Positions 34,769 through 46,200 of a stretch of 64,000 nucleotides of DNA are shown piece after piece. Both the position numbers and the translations under genes were made by a program. This stretch comes from Selaginella moellendorffii (Eukaryota > Plantae > Lycopodiophyta), in the NCBI RefSeq assembly GCF_000143415.4, contig NW_003314264.1, positions 1,113,650 to 1,177,649 on the forward strand, written 5' to 3'. The notes under the pieces are model-generated. The model did no database searches, was not told the origin of the DNA, and saw nothing but the letters and a program-made list of their open reading frames with translations. Numbering within the stretch: the stretch's first letter is position 1; each line of letters begins with the position of its first letter.

Positions 34769-37700
34769 ATGGAGTCTCCAAGCCATCCTGATTTCTTTGC
34801 TGAAGTCCTTGCAAAAATCCAGTCTGAGAATACTGAGTTGAAGGCGACCCTTCTTCGCATGCAGCAGGAGCTTGCTTCACTTTCGGCTCAAGGATCCAAC
34901 GAAGTTCCTGAACCGAAGGTGAGCTTCCCGGCGAAATTTTCAGGCAAGCGTTCGGAGCTTCGCGGATTCCTGAACCAGATGGAGTTGATCTTCGCACTTC
35001 AACATCGGCGGTACCCTACTCCCGAGTCTCAAATCGGCGCGATTGGGACGTTGCTCGAAGGTGCAGCTTTGTGTAAGGAACCGACTCCCCGAGATGTCGT
35101 AGGCTAAAGGATCCCCAAAAGCTTGACCGAAGTGACAAAGAGTTCATCGGATGGGACCAAGTCGAGGATCGAGTCCAAGACCGACTCTAGGACCGAGTTC
35201 GAGATAGAGTCCGGAATCGAGTCCGAGACCGACTCGGGGACCGAGTTCGAGTCCGAGTTCGAGACCGAGTTCGAGACGGAGTCCGAGATCCGAAATCGGG
35301 TCCAAGACCGAGTCCGAGGTCGAGTCCGAGGTCGGGTCCGAGATCGGGTCTGAGATCGAGTCCGTGATCGAGTCCGAACCCGAATCCGAAGTCGGATCCG
35401 AAATCGGGTCCGAGATCGAGCCAGAGACTAAGTCCAAATACTAATACGGGTCAAGGGGTGAAAGCCCAAAGCGTGCGTCTCCCAGGGGGGGGGGGGCTGT
35501 AGGGGGTTCCAAAAGTATAGTAGGGATAGTGAGGTCCAGGAACCAGTTTTGAAGGGACTCTCCAGTTGGGCTTCCAAACCGACTTGAGGTTGGGATTGGG
35601 ACCGAGGGGCCTTGGGTGGGAGTGAGCATGGACTTGGCTGGTGCCGGAGGGGCCATCCAAGGAAGTGCTCAAGAGCAGCTCCCACTCCCGAAAGGGAAAC
35701 CGATTGCGATGCTCCCGGCTCATGTGGAGTGGTGCCCCACTTGAGTACCATGCGGCTCATTGGTCCTCGCCCTTCCTAGGGGCTTGGGCCTTCCTTCGGG
35801 ATGGAAGTGGGGGGCGAGAGGTACCCATACCGGGCCGCTAGGCCACGGTGTTTCGCCCCGGCGTCCCGAAGCAAGTGTTGCACTCAAGACTTGGGATTTA
35901 GAGGGTCCCATGATCAAGTCTTGTGGTACCAAGGGATGTTAGGAACCTGGAAGCTTGGTGTGCTTGGCTGCTTGTGCTTGCGGGGAGTGTAGCCGAACCT
36001 TAAGTCCAGTCTAACCCGGGGAGGGGGATTGGGAGTGATTTGGGAATCCATGGAAGGATGGCTAACACTCCGTTGCTCGTGCAGTGAGTAGCTAAAACCA
36101 AGTAGGAGCTGGTACCATAGGCGAGAACCTTGGCGAGGGAACTTAGCAAAAGCCAAGGCAGTGTTGGACGGATAGGCGAGGTAAGCTGGCAAAGTGGAAA
36201 GGAAAAATTTGTGGCTTACAATTTGGTATCGGAGCCTTCTCCTCAGTTCTAGCGAAGGATAGAGGCGGATTGCTGGGAGATGGCAAGGGCAGGGCGTAAG
36301 TGAACCCAGGCGGAGACAGAACCTCCGCCAGAGCTGGAGCCTCCGGTCGAACAAGAGGCTATGGATGAGGAATCCTTGCATGAGGAGGACTCTAGTGAGG
36401 AAACTTCCAAACAGGAGTCCGGTGGCGAGGTTCGGTCGTCCAAGGCTCGATTGGACGTTCTAGAAGGTCAATTGGCGCAGACCAATGCCCTGCTGGAGAC
36501 TCTCGTACGCAAGCTAAAGCGTGACGAGAAGCGAAAGAAAAGGCGAAAGACTGCAGATGCTGGCAGCGCAGAAGGTGCGGACCCTTCGGCAGGGACTGAG
36601 GCAAAACCAGACAAGGTCGAACAGACCGAAGTGGAATCAGTCCCTCAGGCAGTTCCCAAGTACAAACCAAAGCCCCCACCGGTGTTCAAGGGAGTGAACG
36701 ACTATAAGGTTGTGGAGGATTGGTTTTACGATATGGAGGACTACTTCCGAGCGTTACGGTTACCGAGCTCGGAGAAGGTCCCATGTGCAAAACCATACTT
36801 GGCAGATAATGCCAAGTCTTGGTGGAGAACAACGGAGGCCAACGAAGGACCGGTGGCCACCTGGGACATGATGAAGGCGAGGATCCGCGCGACATACGTT
36901 CCTCCGAATGCCACTCTGCATCTGAGAGATGAGCTGAGTAGGCTGAAGCAGAGTGGAACCATCCAGGAATATGTGAATGGGTTCATGGCAAAGAGGATAC
37001 TTGTCACGGACATGGGGGATATGGATGCGTTCCATGCCTTTATATCAGGTTTGCAAACCTGGGCTCGCGGTGAGGTGATGCGCTGGAACCCGACCAACTA
37101 CAAGGAAGCGTTGGATGCGGCCATCAAGGTGCATTTCAACGATAACCTGCGAAAGGGGAACACGACGGGGTCGGGATCCACGTTTCACAAAGGGGCCAAA
37201 CCGAGGGGAACATATAGCAGGGGGAAATTCAAGAAGAGTTTCTCTAAGAATGAGTCCTTGGGATTTCGGAAAGGCAAATCCGGTGGCCAGCGAGCAAGTA
37301 CGTGGGGGAGTCAAGCGAAAAGAGACAAACCCACGGATAAGAAGGTCAAGTCATATAGCAGCGTGGGAAACAATGTATGCTATAACTGCGGTGAAGCGGG
37401 ACACTTTTCGAGGGAATGTCCCTACCCGAAGAAGGCCAGAGCCAATATGGCCATCAAGTTGGGTGAAGTCCAAAATGAGGTATGTGATCCAGTCCCTAAC
37501 TCAAAGTTACTCATTACACGAGCAACTTTGGTAGAGAGTCATTCGCGACATCTACTAGCCCTCCGAGGGAAGCTCGGAGGTAGCTTTGTTAAGATCCTTA
37601 TTGACACGGGTGCTTCGGATAATTTTGTGGCTGCAGACATAGTCCGGCAAGCCGGACTAACGGTGCAGCGGCTAGGCGAACCAAGGACTATAGAGTTTGT

Positions 37701-40700
37701 TCAAGGTAGCCAAAGCACCGATGAGGTACTTCGACAAGCGAAAGTCGAAGTAGGGACATGGAAGGTAGACATGGATTTCACCGTGTTGGACATGGCGGGA
37801 TTTGACGTGATCTTCGGAATGGATTAGTTCAATCGGTTTGTGGTAGCCCTACATGGACAAGGTAGGAACCTTGTGGTACTGGCGAATGCCCAAGGAAGAA
37901 GATCTAGGGTGGAAGCCCAGGATCTAAAGGTAGGGCAAAGCAAGGCCAAAGAATCCTGCTTAAACCTGGTGTCCACGAGAGGACAACTCACTAAAGGAAC
38001 TAAGGCAGCCTTTTTGTGCTTACTCTCGGTGAAGAGTGACAAAAAGACAAGAACGGAAGAAGTGCCTTTAGTGATCCAGCGGGTGTTGGACCAATTCCAG
38101 GATACCATGCCGGAGGAGCTACCGGCGGGGCTGCCCCCAGCACGACCGATAGAACATAAGATTGAGCTGGTCGAGGGTGCTGAGGCAGTGGTTCGTCCCC
38201 CTTATCGTTTGAACGAAAAAGAACTCAAGGAGCTCAAGTGCCAACTAGAGGAGTTGGTGGACAAAGGGTATGTTAGGTTGAGCAAGTCGCCGTATGGGGC
38301 GCCGGTGTTATTTGTGAAAAAGAAAGATGGATCTATGCGCATGTGCATAGACTACCGCTTGCTCAACAAGTATACAAAGAAGAACAAGTACCCTTTGCCA
38401 AGGATTGAGGACCTGTTCGATAGGTTGGGAAAGGCAAAATACTTCTCGAGGATTGACCTAAGGTCAGGATACTACCAGATCAGGGTAGCCGAGGAAGATG
38501 TCGAGAAGACAACCTGTCGAATGAGGTATGGGAGCTTTGAGTTTCTGGTGATGCCCTTCGGGCTATGTAATGCGCCGGCAACGTTTTCGGCGCTAATGAA
38601 CCACGTCTTTGTACCCTATCTGGATCACTTCGTAGTCGTCTATATCGACGACATCCTGATCTATAGCGAGACGCTAGAAGAGCACGCCGAACACTTGGCG
38701 AAGGTGTTTGAGAAACTAAGGGAACACAAGCTGTATGCTAAAGAGAGCAAATGTGACTTTGCTCAACAAGAGGTAAAGTTTCTCGGGCATGTGGTGGGCC
38801 AGGACGGGCTCAAGGTGGACCCGGAGAAGGTCCAAGCGATCCAGGAATGGGAGCGACCATCGAATGTACATGAGTTGAGGGCGTTCCTGGGGCTATACAA
38901 CTACTATCGAAAGTTTATCAGACACTATTCGAGAGTAGCCCTGCCCTTAACGGACCAAACAGGAAAAGGGAAGATGGTATGGACAGCAGAATGCGAGGCG
39001 GCATTCGTCCACCTCAAAGGGAAGTTGAGGAAGGCTCCCGTATTGGCATTGCCAAACTTTGGTAAGGACTTTGAGGTAGAAACGGATGCTTCGGACTTTG
39101 CGTTGGGCACAGTTCTGAAGCAAGACAACCATCCGGTAGCGTTCTTCTCGAAGAAGCTGGACAAGGCTCAACGGAAGTGGCCTGCCCATGAGAAGGAATT
39201 GTTTGCGGTGGTCAAGGCACTCAAGGAGTGGCGACACTACCTTGGGAGACACTTCAAGGTTTACACGGACAATGTGGCAACGAAACACTTCTTGTCACAG
39301 CCCGACCTAAGAGGGAAACAAGGTCGGTGGGCTAATGCCTTGGCCGAGTTTGATTGCGAAATTCTGTACAAGCCTGGGAAGAGCAACATCGTGGCGGATG
39401 CGCTAAGTCGAAAAGCGAGCTTGAAGTTGGCAATATCCAGCGCAACAGCAACCTTCTGGGACGATGTGCGGACAGCATATGAGAACGATGGTCTAGCACA
39501 AGAAGTGTTGCTGAGGAATCTAGAGGCGCGGGAAGCTCACCAGAGAGGTGAGCTGCCAACGGAAGAGAAAACGGGCTATGCGGAACGCAACGGACTCATT
39601 TATTACAAGCAAACGAGGGTGTATGTTCCAGAAGGGGAACTAAGGAAGGTGGCCTTAGAAGAGTGTCATGACGGACCTCTTGCGGGACACGGCAGAGTGC
39701 CCAAGACGATGGGCTTACTCAAGAGGAAGTACCATTGGCCAGATATGGCTAAGGACGTCCAAGACTATGTAAAGACATGTCCAACATGTCAGCAGGTCAA
39801 AGCCGTGACTAAGGCTAGTGGGGGCTTGTTGCAAAGCATCCCAATTCCAGATCGCCCGTGGAAATGTCTTACGATGGACTTCATCACGGGACTACCCCCA
39901 AGCGAGGGGTTCGATGCGATATTCGTGGTGGTGGACCGATTTTCAAAGATGGCACATTTCATACCCACCACAACGGACGTGGATGCGGAAGGTGTGGCGA
40001 AGCTATTCTTCGAACAAGTGGTTCGAGTGCGGGGAAGGCCGGAAGAGATTATCTCAGATCGAGATAAGATCTTCACTAGTAGGTTCTGGAGGACACTCCT
40101 AGAACAGTATCGCACCAAATTGAAATTCAGCACAGCCTATCACCCACAGACAGGTAATGGGTATTAAGTCAAGATTGATGGCACTAACACTTCTTGACAG
40201 ATGGACAAACGGAAAGGGTGAATATGCAGCTGGAGGATTATTTGTGATGCTATGTCTCGGGAGACCAGACCGACTGGGTAAGTCATTTGGGACTTGCGGA
40301 AATGTGTTATAACAACTCACCACACTCAAGCATCGGGGTGAGTCCATGGGAAGTCATCAATGGGCGAGCTATTGAAGGTCCTGTGGAACTCGGCGTGGCC
40401 GAGTATCATGGAGAGTTACCCGCAGTGGAGGCATTCACGGCGGAAAGACTCAACATTTGGAATCTAGTGAGGGATTCCTTGGAACGGGCTCAACAAAGGC
40501 AAACTAAGTACGCGAACCAAAAGCGTCGGGATGTGGAGTTCCAAGCTGGGGAGAAGGTGTGGCTGAACACCAAGAACCTCAGACTACCAAGCTGGATCAG
40601 CCGAAAGTTGACCCAAAGGTAAAGACGCATGTATTCCTGTAAATGAATTGATCTTGAGTTCCTTAAGCAGGTTCGCGGGGCCTTATGAAATTGAGGCACG

Positions 40701-43235
40701 AATCGGTAAAGTGGCTTACCGACTCCGACTTCCTCGAGAGATGGGGAAGATGCACCCAGTGTTCCACGTGAACTTACTCAAGCCGTACTTTGAGGATCCG
40801 CTTCGCAAGGACCAAGTGAGACCTTTACCTGAGGTTATCCAAGGGGAAGAGGAATACGAAGTCGAGGCCATCCTCAATGAGCGCAAGAGTAAGCGACAAG
40901 GACGCGAGGTGAGAGAGTTCCATGTGAAGTGGAAAGGATTTCCACACTACGAAGCAACATGGGAACCGGAGGAGAACCTAGCGAACGCTCAAGATCTAGT
41001 GGAGGAATTTCTGCAAGGCAGAACTTTATATACTTATGCAAAATTCAATTAAAAATATCAATTTGCAAAGTTGAGCAAGTGGCATATGTTGGGACCCGAA
41101 GGCGCGCCAAAGGTAAGCTAATTAGCATGGGTTGGATAGGTCGACCAGGCGTAGGGCACTACGCCCGACTCCCTGCGGGGATGTCGAATCCGTAGACGTA
41201 TTCTACGGAGGTTGGGTTCGAGTCCCAACCCCCTAGTAAAGCAAGGCTGGGTTCAAGTCCCGACCCTATACTAGGGCGTGGTGAGGTGAGGAGTATAGGG
41301 ACACCTATATTCCGTTGTCATGGGCTCTTGGCCGGGGAGGCTAACTTAGGCACACCGCTAAGTGGGGGGATGCCCCCGGAGACATGGACAACAAGTCGTA
41401 GGATAAAACGAGACGTTCGATGTGGGCATCGAACTTCTTCTATGGGTGGTGGAGTTGTAAGGAACCGACTCCCCGAGATGTCGTAGGCTAAAGGATCCCC
41501 AAAAGCTTGACCGAAGTGACAAAGAGTTCATCGGATGGGACCAAGTCGAGGATCGAGTCCAAGACCGACTCTAGGACCGAGTTCGAGATAGAGTCCGGAA
41601 TCGAGTCCGAGACCGACTCGGGGACCGAGTTCGAGTCCGAGTTCGAGACCGAGTTCGAGACGGAGTCCGAGATCCGAAATCGGGTCCGAGACCGGGTCCG
41701 AGATCGAGTCCGTGATCGAGTCCGAACCCGAATCCGAAGTCGGATCCGAAATCGGGTCCGAGATCGAGCCAGAGACTAAGTCCAAATACTAATACGGGTC
41801 AAGGGGTGAAAGCCCAAAGCGTGCGTCTCCCAGGGGGGGGGGGGGGCTGCAGGGGGTTCCAAAAGTATAGTAGGGATAGTGAGGTCCAGGAACCAGTTTT
41901 GAAGGGACTCTCCAGTTGGGCTTCCAAACCGACTTGAGGTTGGGATTGGGACCGAGGGGCCTTGGGTGGGAGTGAGCATGGACTTGGCTGGTGCCGGAGG
42001 GGCCATCCAAGGAAGTGCTCAAGAGCAGCTCCCACTCCCGAAAGGGAAACCGATTGCGATGCTCCCGGCTCATGTGGAGTGGTGCCCCACTTGAGTACCA
42101 TGCGGCTCATTGGTCCTCGCCCTTCCTAGGGGCTTGGGCCTTCCTTCGGGATGGAAGTGGGGGGCGAGAGGTACCCATACCGGGCCGCTAAGCCACGGTG
42201 TTTCGCCCCGGCGTCCCGAAGCAAGTGTTGCACTCAAGACTTGGGATTTAGAGGGTCCCATGATCAAGTCTTGTGGTACCAAGGGATGTTAGGAACCTGG
42301 AAGCTTGGTGTGCTTGGCTGCTTGTGCTTGCGGGGAGTGTAGCCGAACCTTAAGTCCAGTCTAACCCGGGGAGGGGGATTGGGAGTGATTTGGGAATCCA
42401 TGGAAGGATGGCTAACACTCCGTTGCTCGTGCAATGAGTAGCTGAAACCAAGTAGGAGCTGGTACCATAGGCGAGAACCTTGGCGAGGGAACTTAGCAAA
42501 AGCCAAGGCAGTGTTGGACGGATAGGCGAGGTAAGTTGGCAAAGTGGAAAGGAAAAATTTGTGGCTTACACTTTGTCATGGTTTTCTCCTCTTCTGGAGA
42601 AGAGCATGAAAGGGGTCGTGGTTCCAGAGCTGATGGATCTTCAATTGTTCAAAGAGAAGCTCGAAGCATGTTTTGGCGAGACGGATCGGGTTCGGGCTGC
42701 TACCACAAAGATGAGACGTCTCTCTCAGGGGTCTCGTCCTGCCTCGATCTATGCTGCAGAGTTCCAACTCCTTGCTTTGGACACTCAGTGGGATGAGCGG
42801 GCCCTGATTGACCAATTTCGTTTCGGCCTCAACAACGGTGTCAAGGATTTGTTGCTCACTATGGAGGATCCCAAGGACCTGTCGGATGCCATCAACAAAG
42901 CTGTTCGATGTGACAATCGTCTCTTTGAACGTCGTCAGGAAAGTCACCGCACCGCTGTTTTTCCGTCCCAGACTCAGGAATCCCAGCTTGAGTCTTCGGG
43001 GCATACTCCTGAACCTACTGCTCCGGTTCCGATGGATATTTCTGGTACTCCCCGACTCATTAGAGGGAAGTTGAGTCCTGCTGAGAAGCAACGTCGAATA
43101 TCTCATAATCTTTGCCTCTATTGTGCTGATCCTAATCACAAAGCAGCTGTATGTCCCAAGATTCCTGACAGAGGGGGTGCTGTCAGGAATCCCCCAATTC
43201 TTGCCACATTCCTGACCTGCAGACCACATTCCTGA
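34769..43235 (+). CDS. gag: Gag (PEG10/Tf1-sushi-like capsid plus CCHC knuckle), split by the chromovirus: 34769-35071 + 42576-43235, ~320 aa
   Basis: Removing the insertion and one TSD rejoins LEGAAL|SWFSP in frame; [14 protein letters not shown] knuckle. Confidence 0.9.
40154..40200 (+). other. 47-nt GT-AG intron in the integrase core
   Basis: gtaatg...cactaac...ttgacag; removal restores [12 protein letters not shown]. Confidence 0.88.
40619..40670 (+). other. 52-nt GT-AG intron before the GPY motif
   Basis: gtaaag...aagcag; removal restores [12 protein letters not shown]. Confidence 0.88.
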
Positions 43236-46200
43236 CTCTCGAGACACTTCCCTATTCCTGACTCTCGAGACACTTCCCTATTCCTGACTCTCGAGACACT
43301 TTCCAATTCCTGAGTCTTGAGCCATATTCCTAATGATGATGTGGCGCCTCCTCGACCTCAGCTATATTTAGGCCGTCCTCGATCCAAGAGTGGTGGAGCT
43401 TCATCAACCTATAGTATATATAGGTTAGCCTTGTTCCATTTCTCCACAATCTGAATCAACGCCAGTCTAAGGCCTCTTCTTTGTTTCCACTAGTTTTTTC
43501 TCTTTGTCTTTTTGCATTTTCCAGTCTTGATCTTGTCAGGGGTCTTGACAAGAGGCTTAATTATCAATGAATAAAGCTTAAATGAAAACACAAAAGTGAT
43601 CTAAGTAAGTTATCATCCGATAAACTAGGATGAGCGTATAGGAACCACCAAGATCACCATAGTTGGAAAATATAGAATTTATTATCCAACAAAATTCAAT
43701 AGCCAATATACCATCAATAACACTTGATAATAAAACTTAGAGGGAAAGGGCCCATGAACAAGAATGCACCCCCTTTTCCAATCGGTTAAGGGTCTTGGGA
43801 TAGTTGGGGTTAAGTGTCCTTGGGTTTGAATAGTACTGGGCTAGGTGACCTCTCAGGAAGTCCAAACTCAGGAGCTTATATTAACTATCAAAGATTTCAG
43901 ATAGCATACTAAACAACTTACATAAGAGAACTCAAAAAACACAAAGTATCATTGACTAGCAAGCAAATACTCGCGAATGTATCATCCAAAGGAAGTAACA
44001 TCAAATCTATCAAAACCAACTATAACAACAATCAACAAAACAGAATAAATGTGGTAAAACTAACAAACATGCATTCATGGCAACTATTGCACTAGCCAAT
44101 CTAAATAGATTCTAATCAATAATACCAAGGAACTAGAGTTGCTCAAGCAAGCGGGAACTAGAGTTGCTCAAGCAAGCGTCAGCAACATCCTAATGATGTC
44201 TCAAACCCAAGAGACTAATCCAAAACAAATCATAAAGAACATGTGGTAATGCGAAAAGCTATAAGCCATCAAAGAGAATAACTAACTATCATTAATTATC
44301 CCATCAATAAAGAGATGCATAATCATTGTCGAAGAAAGAATCCACCATCCGAAGAATGGTAAATTATTCTAGATCAACAATAATCAAGCAGAACTTTTTG
44401 ACAAAAATAATCAACTATTCTAGATGATAGTTAATCATTACCAATGATTGCTAAATGCAAATACTAACTTTAATATCAAAGCTAATAAGCTAAAAATGCC
44501 TTCCCCACCAATTTTTAATAAATGGAACAATGAGCATAAAACTCAAAGAACCAAAAGCTTGAAGAAGCCTATAACCAAGTCTTGCCTAACAATGATCACA
44601 AGTTTGCATGAACTAACTCAATGCTAAAGAAGATATCATGGTACAATCCACAATATCTTCCTCAACACATCCATAAGTTAAATTTCATAATGTTAAAGCT
44701 AATGAAGAGCATATCTACATCAATCCAAAAGCCAAATATATTGAAGCTATGTTTAACAAGTGATCACCAAATGATCCTCCATGAATCCATCTATAGCAAG
44801 ACGTAACTCACTTCATAACAAGCGTGAAAAAAATCATTAATGATCAATATATTCCAACTCAAATCTAACAAGGACTCAAATATTCCAATATCGATCACTA
44901 ATTTTTCCTCTCATAAAGCTAACATAATCCATGACTAAATCACTTTTCAAGGAAAAGCTAAAGCTCAACGCCTACTAAACAATCATGTCGAGAACATAAC
45001 TAACTCCACTTGCCACTTAGTTCATTTGAACATCAATACAGTTGTTAACTAACAAATGCATGAATGTTAATAACACAAAGCTACAACTAAATCATCAACA
45101 TTATCTTCATCAAGACTAATGAAACTCAATATCAATCTTATGGAGAGACATCTTATTTCACTTAAATCCCAACATCAATAATATTAACAATAAGGCATCA
45201 CTTCAATGCCATCAACACTAAAATAAAGCTAGAAGAAAGTGAGAGTGAATAACCATTCAAAGTTATTTAACAACCAAGTTAACCAAAATCGAAGATACTA
45301 TAGTTAGTATCCAAGACTAATTCTTCAACAATACTCAGTTATAGATAACATATCATCAAGGAATGATTCACCACATCCAAGACTCAATGAAATTTAACAC
45401 CACAGATTAAACGTAACCAAATGATATCGACAAAGGTGGAATTGATATGCGTACATGGAAAAACCATGGAAGTCTAATGACACAATCCTCCATAACACCA
45501 CTCAGTAAAGCAAGCCCATTACTGCTAAATCGTCATCGAGCGAAGCAAGTGTCAATAATTCATGACGAAGTCTACAAGTAATCATTAGTCACAAAACAAC
45601 CAACAATTACTCTTTAACTTGCCTTCATAAGACCTAAACACTAAACTCATACTATCAAATCATATACTTGTTCAACATGAATGTAATACCCCAAACACAA
45701 GATAAAAGTTCATGAATAAGCACAAACTAAATGACCACTCGAATTCAACTCAATCGCAATAAGCTCACTAATGTGTTTAGCCAATACCTTTGAGCATACT
45801 TTAAAAAGGCTAGCTATGCATGATCAACACTTAGTTGAAACTAAAGTGTAAACCATGAGATGGACTCCTATCAGTACACAACTTCCTCGTAGACAAAGCT
45901 ATAGTATAGGTACTAACATCTTAAACTCAAACAACTACGTTGGACATCACCATCCTTAGCCAAGGTGTAGGGCTACCAAGACTAAGTCAAAATCTGAGAG
46001 CTCACTACTCTCATAGAGTTTAACAAAATGCAAGGTGCAACTTGCCACTAAGCACAACGCTACAAAAGAAAGGCACAAGAGTCATCTTTTTAAAAAAGTG
46101 TAACAGCCACTTTTCTACACCAACTCTAAACTTTAACCAACTCAATTGCTTTAGCCTCAAAAGTCGGCATCTCTTTTAGATCGTATCATACAAACTACTT

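Larger units (their letters stand above)
36361..41195 (+). pseudogene. gag-pol: gag-pol polyprotein (Gag-CCHC-PR-RT-RNaseH-IN-chromodomain) with introns; two point nonsense mutations
   Basis: [33 protein letters not shown]|DGQTE, GPY, chromodomain [23 protein letters not shown]; stops at 37825 (TGG>TAG) and 40245 (CGA>TGA). Confidence 0.93.
35072..42570 (+). mobile_element. Young full-length Ty3/Gypsy chromovirus
   Basis: LTRs 35072-36220 and 41456-42570 (TGTAAG..CTTACA; ~5 substitutions plus repeat indels); TSD CTTTG; PBS tggtatcggagc (tRNA-iMet); PPT 41442-41455. Confidence 0.97.
34299..43550 (+). mobile_element. Gag-only non-autonomous LTR retrotransposon (1748 bp before interruption)
   Basis: 370-bp LTRs 34299-34668 and 43181-43550 (TG..CA); TSD AGAGG; PPT gagggggtgc. 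Confidence 0.95.

Noticed and set aside
37825-37827. Programmed gag-pol stop-codon readthrough
   Set aside because: The TAG falls at the conserved Trp of the protease GMDW motif, so it is a TGG>TAG mutation rather than a gag/pol boundary
40245-40247. Stop codon repaired by U-to-C RNA editing
   Set aside because: PPR editing is organellar; CpG deamination explains it more simply
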